Positions 18,658 through 27,096 are shown, numbered from the stretch's first letter. The stretch: DNA of 64,000 nt from an uncultured Acidimicrobiaceae bacterium (GCA_964505525.1 CAZDIQ010000001.1:5544-69543); one strand, 5' to 3'. Translations and numbers: made by a program. Notes: generated by a model not told the origin, from the letters alone.

Positions 18658-19054
18658 CGTCGCGTTCGCCGAAGTGGTTGGGGCCGGAGCAGTTGATCGC
18701 CGACATGCCGTGCTCGCACTCCGCGAGTTCTTCGGCGGTGAGTGGGGGAGGTTCGTACCCTTCGGCGAGCAGGATGTCAGCGATCGCGTCGTACGCCGAC
18801 CACGGCGCGTACGGGAACACGGTCCGGTCGTCTACCGTGGTCCCGTCGGCCACAGCGACGATCAGGTACCGCTGCGGTGGACGCTGACCTGGTTCCTCCG
18901 GGAACCATGCGTCGTCGAAGTAGTCCTCGTCGTCGGCCGGGACGTACGGCTCGAACGCGACCGGCTTGATCGTGACCGGCACTCCGGCCGGGCTAACCCA
19001 CGTTTCGGTGGCAGGCATGCTCACCAGCCTTTCTGGTCGCACACGGCGACCCAC
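18644..19054 (-). CDS. hypothetical protein
   Basis: ORF, GTG or internal ATG start. Confidence 0.3.
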   Translation of the reverse strand: MGRRVRPERLVSMPATETWVSPAGVPVTIKPVAFEPYVPADDEDYFDDAWFPEEPGQRPPQRYLIVAVADGTTVDDRTVFPYAPWSAYDAIADILLAEGYEPPPLTAEELAECEHGMSAINCSGPNHFGERDGAEW

Positions 19055-19332
19055 TTGTCGATGGTCACACGGGCCAGGTTCTCGGCGTCGAGGCCGTACC
19101 CGCCGTGACCGGCCTCGGCGAGAACGGACGTCTTCGCACCGCGGGTCTTGCTGATGCGGACGGCGTACTCGTCCGACGGGAGGAGTTCGACGAACAGGTG
19201 GGCTGTCGCGTGGGCGAAGCCCATCTTGAAGCGGACGGTGTTGGCGTCGACAATCGTCGCCTCACGCAGTCCGAGTTCCATGAACGTCCGGATGCCCAGC
19301 TGGGCTTGAAGTTGGGCGTAGTCGATGCTCAT
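19021..19332 (-). CDS. hypothetical protein
   Basis: ORF in operon. Confidence 0.35.
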   Translation of the reverse strand: MSIDYAQLQAQLGIRTFMELGLREATIVDANTVRFKMGFAHATAHLFVELLPSDEYAVRISKTRGAKTSVLAEAGHGGYGLDAENLARVTIDKWVAVCDQKGW

Positions 19333-19673
19333 GCTGCGGCCCGCAGCTTCTTCGTGAGGGCGGCCTTCTGACCGGGGGTCAGTCCTTCGTACAGGTTGCT
19401 GACGTCCTCCTGGACGGCGACGAGACGCAGATTGACACCGACGGTGATCCGGTCGTCGTTCCGGAACGAGCGGGTCTTCTCGCGGCCGGGCTGCCCGCCG
19501 AACACGGTGAGTTCGGTGCCGCCGTGACGGGCGTACCGGAACTTGAATGGGAACTGTTCGCCGTCGACGTTGATCAACGCTCCGAGGGTCATCAGGTCAC
19601 CGGTCGTGGTGCTGGCGGTGGCCTCGTGGCCGAGGTTGACCTTCCCCATCTTGCGACTGGTTATTGCGGTCAT
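19329..19673 (-). CDS. hypothetical protein ending in 'LTPGQKAALTKKLRAAA'
   Basis: First gene after conserved leader copy B (SD GAAGGAG 7 nt from ATG); C-terminal shared motif. Confidence 0.5.
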   Translation of the reverse strand: MTAITSRKMGKVNLGHEATASTTTGDLMTLGALINVDGEQFPFKFRYARHGGTELTVFGGQPGREKTRSFRNDDRITVGVNLRLVAVQEDVSNLYEGLTPGQKAALTKKLRAAA

Positions 19674-19679
19674 CTGCAC

Positions 19680-19740
19680 TCCTTCTCTCTCGATCCGACA
19701 AGTTCAGTGTAGCAGGTCATGCTACGTAACGCAAATCGTG
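19680..19740 (-). promoter_or_regulatory. conserved promoter/leader module copy B
   Basis: Contains perfect GTAGCA-ggtca-TGCTAC (19709..19725) and SD GAAGGAG. Confidence 0.55.
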
Positions 19741-19822
19741 ATGCGAGAGAGCCCGCCCGGCCTGCCGGGTACAAACCGGCAACCGGACGGGCTCGACTCC
19801 CAGCGGACTGGGAGGAAGTTGC

Positions 19823-19858
19823 CTCCGGGGCGGTAGCGGGCGGACGCCACCCCGGAGG
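19823..19858 (-). terminator. GC-rich stem-loop (9-bp stem CCTCCGGGG/CCCCGGAGG), likely terminator of gene 19866..20135
   Basis: Perfect 9-bp inverted repeat 8 nt downstream (minus sense) of the stop codon; no U-tract, as is common in actinobacteria. Confidence 0.45.
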
Positions 19859-19865
19859 CGATCTG

Positions 19866-20135
19866 TCAGACGGACTTCCGTCGACGTGCAGCCACCGTAG
19901 CCGCGGCCCCGACACCGAGCACCAACGCCCCGGCCAGAGAGACGATCCGGGTCGCGTCAGAACCCGACGTCGCCAACTCGGCGGGAACGGTCGTCGGGGG
20001 AACAGTCGTGGTCGACACGGACGTCGCCGGGCATTCCGGGGACGGAACGTACGACTCGCAGTCGGCAGCAGAAACCGTCGGGGCCGCGACGAACGTGGCC
20101 ACCGCGGTGAGCAGGATCAGGATGCGGTCCATCAC
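19866..20135 (-). CDS. small secreted protein with sortase-type (LAxTG-like) C-terminal sorting signal
   Basis: N-terminal signal peptide 'ILILLTAVATFVAAPTVSA'; Thr/Pro-rich middle; C-terminal 'LATSG' + hydrophobic stretch + 'RRRKSV'. Confidence 0.45.
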   Translation of the reverse strand: MMDRILILLTAVATFVAAPTVSAADCESYVPSPECPATSVSTTTVPPTTVPAELATSGSDATRIVSLAGALVLGVGAAATVAARRRKSV

Positions 20136-20968
20136 AGCAATGTTGCCTGACCCACCGACACGGCCGTCCCGGCGATCGAATGACGGCCAGTCCAGCGGCC
20201 GACGACATCTTCTGTCCGGTCATCCGGATGCACCAACGGGTACTCCTCGATCAGCTGACCGTCCAACGTCATGCCCATCTCGGTGCGTGGGGCGGCGGAC
20301 TGTTTGAAGTAGAACGCGATCTCGGCAGCCGCGCATCGGTCGCGGACGTCGCGTGCCCAGTCATGATCCATCGGCCGGTAGCCGGGGCCGGACTCGCCGC
20401 CGACGATCACCCACTGGATGTTCGTCAGGTCAAGCGACGGGACCGGGCCGAGCATCGGCTCCACACTGAGGAAGTGAACGACCGCGGGGATCGACGTCAG
20501 GCTCTTGGTCCGGAACGTGTACCGGTCGTTCTCGATCGACGTCCCAACCCAGATGTTCGCCGGGACTTGTTTGAGGCCGTTGCGTGCCAGCCAGCCTTCC
20601 GAGTCTTCGGTGCCGTTGAAGTACGCGGCCATCAGCTGCGGCCGTTTCGTCAACACAAGATAGTCATGCTGGACGCGGAGCATCTGAGCGAAGATCGTGT
20701 CGCGCTGCTCGTCGTTGAAGTCGACGTGGAACAGATCCGACATCGAGTTGACGAACACACGAGACGGGCCAGACTTGCGAAGGAACTTCGACGGCTCACC
20801 GATCTTGTTCTCTTTGTAGGTCGGCGTGAACCCGTTGGGGAACGACCCCTTCCCGAACTTCGTGGTGATCGTCTCGGCGTAACAGTTGTCGCAGCCAGGC
20901 GAGATCTTGTCACATCCCGTCGTCGGATTCCAGGTGTGCTCCGCCCAGCGGATGCGAGTGTCTTTCAT
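20132..20968 (-). CDS. phage Gp37/Gp68 family three-Cys-motif protein (DUF5131)
   Basis: 'TWNPTTGCDKISPGCDNCYAE' and 'VFVNSMSDLFH' are the family signatures. Confidence 0.7.
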   Translation of the reverse strand: MKDTRIRWAEHTWNPTTGCDKISPGCDNCYAETITTKFGKGSFPNGFTPTYKENKIGEPSKFLRKSGPSRVFVNSMSDLFHVDFNDEQRDTIFAQMLRVQHDYLVLTKRPQLMAAYFNGTEDSEGWLARNGLKQVPANIWVGTSIENDRYTFRTKSLTSIPAVVHFLSVEPMLGPVPSLDLTNIQWVIVGGESGPGYRPMDHDWARDVRDRCAAAEIAFYFKQSAAPRTEMGMTLDGQLIEEYPLVHPDDRTEDVVGRWTGRHSIAGTAVSVGQATLL

Positions 20969-20998
20969 GGACCAAGTGTAGCACCACGGGCGACAGCA

Positions 20999-21583
20999 TC
21001 ACGACGGAGTGAATCCTTCGGGAATGAGAAGCTCGTACCGTTTGACCATGCCACCGTGAGAGAAGAACAGCAGCCGCGACTTCCGGTAGCCAAGCTTGTA
21101 CAGCCACGCCTCCCACAACTCGTCGGCGATTGTCGTGATCAACGTGACCGGTGCACCCTTCGGCAACGTGATGCCCAAGTCTTTCAAGATGATGTGCGGG
21201 ACAGGTCCGAGCGCACGAGCGATCCGTGTTGTCAACACCGGGGTCGTCGGAGCCTTCGCTGCGACGGTATTCAACTGGGTCGTCGGCCAGCCGTAAGCGT
21301 CCAAGTCGATCAGGTCGAACTTCGACAAGTCGAGCGCAACAAGCAGGCGAGCGTTGTCGACCTTCAACGTCCCGGCCCCACGTTCCTTGTGATCCGACCG
21401 ATACAGCTTCACGTCCCAACCGTCCGGCAGCACCGCCCTCGTCATGTCCCACAGACGGCCGTGGCCGTGGAACGCGTCCAACACCCGGATCGGCCGCGGA
21501 GTTCCGAGCAGTTCGACCGCCTCAACTCGGAGCGCGACCTTCGACGCGATGTGATCGTTGTCGGTCAGAGTCTGTTCGGTCAT
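20999..21583 (-). CDS. three-Cys-motif partner protein (TcmP-like, methyltransferase fold)
   Basis: Immediately upstream of and co-oriented with Gp37/Gp68. 'VLDAFHGHG' (SAM motif I-like) and 'LIDLDAYGWP' (motif IV-like). Confidence 0.5.
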   Translation of the reverse strand: MTEQTLTDNDHIASKVALRVEAVELLGTPRPIRVLDAFHGHGRLWDMTRAVLPDGWDVKLYRSDHKERGAGTLKVDNARLLVALDLSKFDLIDLDAYGWPTTQLNTVAAKAPTTPVLTTRIARALGPVPHIILKDLGITLPKGAPVTLITTIADELWEAWLYKLGYRKSRLLFFSHGGMVKRYELLIPEGFTPS

Positions 21584-22161
21584 CAGTTCACCGTCGAGCG
21601 GACCGTCACGCCGTCGATGCCGTCCAACTGGTCGAGGATCTCCGACACCCGATCCCACTCGTCGAGGTCGACCGACACGAGCACATGGGCACGCTTCAAC
21701 GGTTTCAAGTCGACCGACTTCGGCTTCTCGGCTGGCTCGTCGTCGGCTTCGGGCAGCAGGTCAGCGATCACCGCCGACAACGAGTCCGACAAGGTGCCCT
21801 GATCGACAAGTTCGTTCAACAGGTCCGAGTTGATCTCGGCCATGCTTCCGATCGGGTCCATCAACGCCAGCATCTCATTCTCCTCAGCCTCCGACAGTTC
21901 CACCCAAGCAACCGGGATCGGACCGTCCTGTGCGAGCCCGACACGCATGTGGCCGTCCACGACCAAGCCTGTCGTCCGGTTCACGATGACCGGCGCGACC
22001 CAGCCGACATCATCCAGCACCGACGTCATCGCAGCCTTCTGCTGATCGCCGTGCACCCGCGGGTTCCGCGGGTTGGCTTCCAACTCCGACGCGGTGATCT
22101 CGCCGTACTCGACGATCCGATTCCGCCACTTGGCGTCAACCTTCGGTTTGCGTACTGCCAT
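21583..22161 (-). CDS. ParB/Srx-like nuclease-domain protein
   Basis: 'VVDGHMRVGLA' resembles the ParB-N DGHHR core; acidic C-terminus. Confidence 0.45.
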   Translation of the reverse strand: MAVRKPKVDAKWRNRIVEYGEITASELEANPRNPRVHGDQQKAAMTSVLDDVGWVAPVIVNRTTGLVVDGHMRVGLAQDGPIPVAWVELSEAEENEMLALMDPIGSMAEINSDLLNELVDQGTLSDSLSAVIADLLPEADDEPAEKPKSVDLKPLKRAHVLVSVDLDEWDRVSEILDQLDGIDGVTVRSTVN

Positions 22162-22945
22162 CGCCCCATCTCACTTCTCTCATGGCGGCCTCATCACCGG
22201 CCGCCGCCTTGTATCGCTCCGCCAACTCGTACTGCTCCTGATGCCGGTCATGCCCGTACGTCTGCGTCAACGGCTGAGGATGCCACAGATGCCAGCAGGC
22301 GCCTTCAAGCCGGGTGTGCGGCCCCCACAGGGTGTCGACGGACAGACCGAACGACGTGTCGTCAGAACCCCACTTCGCGAACCGTTCGTCGTAGCCGGTC
22401 ACCGTCGCGAACGCGCCGCGCGGTACGACGACCATCCCGGACCAGGCGACGTTCTCGCCCACCCATTCGCAGTCCTCATCCGGCCACCGGATCGGCCTCG
22501 ACGGATGATCGCGCAGGACCCGTTCCGAAGCTCGACGGTTCAGCTTGACGTAGAAGCGGGGCATCACCCACGACGCCGCCCCGGACAGGACGAGGTCGGC
22601 GGCATGAACAATCCAATCCGGGTCGAACACGGTGTCCGCGTCGGCGATGACGAACACGTCACGCGCCGCCCTCGACGCCGCAAGGTTGATCGCCTTCGGA
22701 TGATTGAAGTCACCAGGATCTTGCCGACGCCCACCGCCGTCATCGGCGACGATCACTTCGACCGACGGCAACAGCGCCGCCCATCGCCGCGCCAGCCAAC
22801 GCCACGACGTAGTGCGATGCCCGCGATCCGGACGGTACGGGACCAGCACCGAGACATGAGGCTGGCTCACGCTACGCCCTTCGCCTGATTCCACCATTCC
22901 GGATGAGGACGGTCCGGGGAGTTCCGCCAGAACGTCGCCGCGCAC
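22136..22945 (-). CDS. family-2 glycosyltransferase
   Basis: 'VIVADDGGG', 'IADADTV', 'GYDERFAKWGSDDTSF' are GT-A signatures. Confidence 0.6.
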   Translation of the reverse strand: MRGDVLAELPGPSSSGMVESGEGRSVSQPHVSVLVPYRPDRGHRTTSWRWLARRWAALLPSVEVIVADDGGGRRQDPGDFNHPKAINLAASRAARDVFVIADADTVFDPDWIVHAADLVLSGAASWVMPRFYVKLNRRASERVLRDHPSRPIRWPDEDCEWVGENVAWSGMVVVPRGAFATVTGYDERFAKWGSDDTSFGLSVDTLWGPHTRLEGACWHLWHPQPLTQTYGHDRHQEQYELAERYKAAAGDEAAMREVRWGDGSTQTEG

Positions 22946-23457
22946 GACGGACAGAGCGGTCCGTGCCAGCCGCGGGCGTTCGTCTCATTCCCACAGTCCG
23001 GGGTCATGCACACCGTCGCCCACGGATCGAAACCCGCAGGCAGCACGATGTGAGCGTTCCGTTCGACGATCCACTGACACATGCCGACCAACTGTGCATG
23101 GATCAACGTCGACGACGGTGCATGCTTCCACGCCTTGAACAGAGCCTTCGTGTGCTTCCGGCACAGGCCGATCGTCTCGGCCCCGTTCTCGCAGTCCGAC
23201 ACGAGACACAACACCACAGGCGGCTCGCCGGAGAGAGCCCGGTCGACGACCTGCTCAATCGAGGACTCATCGACGAACAGGCCCGAAACGAGTTCGTGCA
23301 TGTTCCAGGTATGCCGGTTCGAGATCTTGCCGAGATAGCCCTTGCCGATGACCGGATCACCCCGCTTCAACCGGCGACGGGTCGTCGCTTCGGTCAAGCC
23401 AAGGAGATGGGCGACGGTGTCAATCCCAACGATGCGAGGCGGTGAGACAATCGGCAT
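22867..23457 (-). CDS. putative DNA-binding protein (N-terminal HTH, C-terminal Cys-rich)
   Basis: 'VAHLLGLTEATTRRRLKRG' HTH-like; 8 Cys in C-terminal half. Confidence 0.4.
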   Translation of the reverse strand: MPIVSPPRIVGIDTVAHLLGLTEATTRRRLKRGDPVIGKGYLGKISNRHTWNMHELVSGLFVDESSIEQVVDRALSGEPPVVLCLVSDCENGAETIGLCRKHTKALFKAWKHAPSSTLIHAQLVGMCQWIVERNAHIVLPAGFDPWATVCMTPDCGNETNARGWHGPLCPSCAATFWRNSPDRPHPEWWNQAKGVA

Positions 23458-23460
23458 AGC

Positions 23461-24516
23461 TCACAGAGGTTCTTCGCCGTTGTCGTCTTCGAGGTCGTCG
23501 AGGTCGTCGAACAACGGGCCGTCCAAGATGCAGACGTACTTGTCGTCTTCGAGAGCGATGGCGTTCAACTCAACCAGTTGATCGAGCAGCTGCTGGGCAC
23601 GTTCCGCCGACAAGTCCAAGTCGTCGGTGATGACCTGGACGGTCAAATGTCCGACCGTCGCGCCGTGGGCGTACACCTTCGCCAACTGGGCCTTCTCGGC
23701 TTCGGCCAGCATCCCATCATCGGATGCGTCCTCCGCGCCGAGGACCGAAGCAAGGAAGTCGTCGATCACGTCGCCGTAGTCCGATTCGATTATCAGGTCG
23801 ATGCCTTCCATCGACGGCATCGCGTTCACCGTCTCCTCCGACAGCTTCACCGGCATCACCAGGCCCGAGACGTTCACGTCGCCGGTCGCGTTGATCGAGA
23901 TCTTCGCGACGCCGTTCTGGCCGCCCAACGCGAACTCGATCGAAGCCTTGTCCCACAGGGCCGACAGCTTCCCGAGACGGAGGATGCCGTCCGCTCCGAA
24001 CCCGATCAGGCCGGTCGGCTTCCAGTCATGCCCGAACCACAACGCCCGCCACTCTGGGAACGCCCCCTCGAAGCGGGGAGTTTCGATCCGTTCGTCATAG
24101 GCGTTGTTCATCTGGAACCACACCGACGCCTGCGTCATCCCTTCGAACGAGCCCTGCGTCGACGCGTCGGACATCTCGCCGAAGCCGAGCGTGATCGACA
24201 CCGGAGTGTCCTCGCCGTCCTGTTTCGTCATCTGCTGCGCGTACTTCATCAGCCCCAGGACCCGTTGATCCGGGTCCGAGCAGATGGCAACCTCGTCGGG
24301 CAGGACGTCCGCTCCGGGCTCGGGGTCGTCGTAGCCGAGGACCGGAACCCACGCCTTCAACAGCAGATAGCCGTCCGTCGCGACCAGCCGGATGCCTTCG
24401 CCGTACATCTCGATCAGCGTCGACCGGTACAACGCCGGACGCTTCTCCTCGTTGCCGCAAGCGAGAGCTACCGAGTGCCAGGAACGGCCAAGCACCCAAG
24501 CGTTGAACTGCATCAT
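23461..24516 (-). CDS. second beta-clamp (DnaN)-like protein
   Basis: 'GIRLVATDGYLLLKAWV' matches the DnaN 'ATDGHRL' block. Start at tandem ATG with GAAGGAGA SD; first gene leftward from divergent promoter region. Confidence 0.45.
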   Translation of the reverse strand: MMQFNAWVLGRSWHSVALACGNEEKRPALYRSTLIEMYGEGIRLVATDGYLLLKAWVPVLGYDDPEPGADVLPDEVAICSDPDQRVLGLMKYAQQMTKQDGEDTPVSITLGFGEMSDASTQGSFEGMTQASVWFQMNNAYDERIETPRFEGAFPEWRALWFGHDWKPTGLIGFGADGILRLGKLSALWDKASIEFALGGQNGVAKISINATGDVNVSGLVMPVKLSEETVNAMPSMEGIDLIIESDYGDVIDDFLASVLGAEDASDDGMLAEAEKAQLAKVYAHGATVGHLTVQVITDDLDLSAERAQQLLDQLVELNAIALEDDKYVCILDGPLFDDLDDLEDDNGEEPL

Positions 24517-24604
24517 GTCTCCTTCGTCGGATTCCGGTCGGACGACAGGACCGTAGCACGAGTTGCGACATGTAGCATCCGGTGCTGCTACCGTCGCGTC
24601 GGTC
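24517..24604. promoter_or_regulatory. divergent promoter region between clamp-like operon and terS/terL with two GTAGCA palindromic sites
   Basis: GTAGCA-cgagt-TGCGAC (24553..24569) and GTAGCA-N8-TGCTAC (24572..24591). Confidence 0.5.
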
Positions 24605-25216
24605 ATGGCGAACAGGAAACGGAAGACGAAGGCGGAGCTTCAAGCCGAGGCCAAAGCCGCCGAGCAGGAACGGGTCGTGGTCTGGGCCGAACAGTTCGGG
24701 GCACCGATCGCGATTCTGCAAGGCTGGAACATCGACGACGGGACATGGCATCCTCAGTCACCGGTCGGGCTCATGTTGCAGGCCATCGCCTCACGAGGGG
24801 CGCATATCACGACCGCCGCACAACTCGGAGGGCTGCGGAACATCATGCAGCTGATCGCCCGTGGTCACGAGTACATGGTCGACGCCGCCGAAGACCGGGC
24901 CTACATCCCGATCGACGTGCGTGTGTTCGTCGACCTGGTCGTTCAGATTGAGCAGGCCGAAGCGTTGATCGAAGTCGAACTCGTGAAGACGGTCCGGGAC
25001 GGGGCGAAGACCGACCCGAAGATCGCGTTGGCGATGCTGTCGCGACGGTTCGGTCAACGCTGGCGTGAACAGCAGGCCATCTTCACCGCCGACGAACACG
25101 ACGAACGTGACGCCGCCGTGTCGAAGGTGCTCGCGAACCCGGACGCGGCGTTGGCGCTCGCCGAGATCGCCCACGAAGTCGAAGACACGGTGCAGGAGCA
25201 CGAACGCGGTAGCTGA
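24605..25216 (+). CDS. terS: terminase small subunit (putative)
   Basis: Basic N-terminus 'MANRKRKTKAEL', about 200 aa, stop overlaps terL start (TGATG). Confidence 0.5.
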   Translation: MANRKRKTKAELQAEAKAAEQERVVVWAEQFGAPIAILQGWNIDDGTWHPQSPVGLMLQAIASRGAHITTAAQLGGLRNIMQLIARGHEYMVDAAEDRAYIPIDVRVFVDLVVQIEQAEALIEVELVKTVRDGAKTDPKIALAMLSRRFGQRWREQQAIFTADEHDERDAAVSKVLANPDAALALAEIAHEVEDTVQEHERGS

Positions 25217-26742
25217 TGCGTACCCACGACCTGGCCTCACGGGCGTGGAAGGCAATGCCCGACACGATGGGCCGCCGACTGTCCGACGGCACCTACACGG
25301 CACCGGAGCACGTCAAGCTCATCTCATGGCTGCTGACGTTGAACGCGAACCGGTACGTCCCGCGGCTCGGGATCTCGATGCCTCCGGGTTCAGGGAAGTC
25401 GGAGGTCATCGACTACTACGACTCGATCCACCTGTTGGAACACGACCCGCGACGAAGGATCATTCTCGCCTCCTACTCCGGTGAACTGGCCGAGGAACAA
25501 GGCAAACGGGTCCGCAACACGATCGAGTCGAACTATGACCTGCTCAACCTCCGGCTCATGCAAGACAGCCGGGCCGCTGACCGGTGGCGTACCACGATGG
25601 GCGGCGGGATGTGGACCGTCGGCATCGGCGGTTCGATCACCGGTCGCCGCGCGTCGAACTTGAAGATCGACGACCCGCACAAGAACTTCGCCGAAGCCAT
25701 GTCGATCAAGAACCAGGTCGACACCTGGAACTGGTACGGGTCCGTGGCCCGCACCCGCATGCTGCCCCGCTCGTCGCTGGCAGTCGTCCAAACCCGGTGG
25801 GCTGAGGGTGACCTGATCGGCCGGTTGAAGTCGAACGACGAAGGCAAAGACGACTGGCTGTTCGTGTCGCTCCCGGCGATCGCCGAGAAAGACGAGACGA
25901 TCGTCACCGTCCTCGGCGACTGGTATTACAAGCTCACCGCGATGGGCGTCACCCGGTTCCCGGTATGGGAACGGGAGAAAGGTCAAGCCCTGTGGCCCGA
26001 GTTGGAACCGGGGGTGCCGTGGTTCGACGAAACGGAGTACGCCGAGATCCGCGCCGACGTCGGCGAAGTCGTCTGGGCTGGGCTGTACCAGCAACGCCCG
26101 TCGCCCGCCGAGGGCAACCTGTTCAAACGATACGACTGGCGGCGTCTCGACGGGCCGATGCCAGCAGGCACCTACACGTACGTTCGGCGTTGGGACTTGG
26201 CGTCAGTCGAAGGGGGCGGTGACTGGACGGCCGGGATGCTCATGGCGATCAATCACGAGACACGGCACATCTACATCATCGACGCCCGCCGTGCCCGGCT
26301 CGGCCCGACCGAAGTCGAAGCGTTCGTGCACATGACCGCTGTGGAGGACCGCGACAACTACGGCACCGTTCTCACCCGCGTTGAACGCGAACCGGGATCG
26401 TCCGGCAAGAACGTCGAGACGAACTACATGGCGAACGTCCTCGCCGGGTTCCCCGCCAAGTTCCTGCCGTCAACCGGAGCGAAGGAGGTTCGAGCCCTGC
26501 CGTTGTCCGGTCAGGTAGGTGCCCGCAACGTGTACCTGTGCCGACGGGTCCGAGCGAACGGGGAGACGACGATCCCGGACTGGTGGGAGTGGCTGATCGA
26601 GGAAGCGGCCGTGTTCCCGAACGGCACACACGACGACCTCATCGACGTCGCCTCACTCGCCTACGTCGATCTGATCGAGGAACAACCGCGCCGGTCACGG
26701 ACGAAGGTCGGGTCGTCGGCCCGCAAGCAACTCGGGTTCTGA
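25216..26742 (+). CDS. terL: terminase large subunit
   Basis: Walker A 'GISMPPGSGKS', Walker B 'LKIDDPH', 'LYQQRP', C-terminal nuclease 'THDDLIDVASLA'. Confidence 0.9.
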   Translation: MRTHDLASRAWKAMPDTMGRRLSDGTYTAPEHVKLISWLLTLNANRYVPRLGISMPPGSGKSEVIDYYDSIHLLEHDPRRRIILASYSGELAEEQGKRVRNTIESNYDLLNLRLMQDSRAADRWRTTMGGGMWTVGIGGSITGRRASNLKIDDPHKNFAEAMSIKNQVDTWNWYGSVARTRMLPRSSLAVVQTRWAEGDLIGRLKSNDEGKDDWLFVSLPAIAEKDETIVTVLGDWYYKLTAMGVTRFPVWEREKGQALWPELEPGVPWFDETEYAEIRADVGEVVWAGLYQQRPSPAEGNLFKRYDWRRLDGPMPAGTYTYVRRWDLASVEGGGDWTAGMLMAINHETRHIYIIDARRARLGPTEVEAFVHMTAVEDRDNYGTVLTRVEREPGSSGKNVETNYMANVLAGFPAKFLPSTGAKEVRALPLSGQVGARNVYLCRRVRANGETTIPDWWEWLIEEAAVFPNGTHDDLIDVASLAYVDLIEEQPRRSRTKVGSSARKQLGF

Positions 26743-26844
26743 CGCGGCAGAGCCCCCGCACACCTACGGGGACTCTGGTGCCGTGATGGGGAGGAGTCGA
26801 ACCTCAACGGCTGGAGCCGTCTACGACGCATCTACGTCGCGGCA

Positions 26845-26876
26845 GGCACACCGTCAGCCTGCTGCCGCATCCGGCG
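26845..26876. terminator. imperfect GC hairpin in convergent region between terL and 26878..27096
   Basis: GGCAGGC...GCCTGCtGCC inverted repeat directly after minus-strand stop. Confidence 0.3.
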
Positions 26877-26877
26877 A

Positions 26878-27096
26878 TCAGTGATCGGAACCGACCGCTA
26901 CCCGCGACCGCAACGTCGCGACGTACTTCCCGTCGATCCGGTCCGGGTAGACGTGGAACGTGCAACCCGGCCACGCGTCGACGACACGCGTGCAGGCGTC
27001 GACCAGGGCGTCCCGGTCAGAGTTCGCTACGTCGACGGTCTGCGACGTGGCGAGTTCCGCGCACAGCCGTGCGACCTGTTCGTGAGTCATCGTCAT
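26878..27096 (-). CDS. hypothetical protein (72 aa)
   Basis: ORF 'MTMTHEQVARLCAEL...'. Confidence 0.4.
   Translation of the reverse strand: MTMTHEQVARLCAELATSQTVDVANSDRDALVDACTRVVDAWPGCTFHVYPDRIDGKYVATLRSRVAVGSDH

Noticed and set aside
19745-19822. Possible tRNA in the 185-bp intergenic region (GGGCTCGACTCCC stem-loop)
   Set aside because: The T-loop has C at position 54, U8 is absent and no cloverleaf could be built. It is more likely promoter/terminator structure.
26780-26815. tRNA-like T-arm on the minus strand (GAGG-TTCGACT-CCTC)
   Set aside because: No matching 7-bp acceptor stem, D-arm or anticodon arm could be assembled around it. It is probably part of the GC-rich convergent terminator region.
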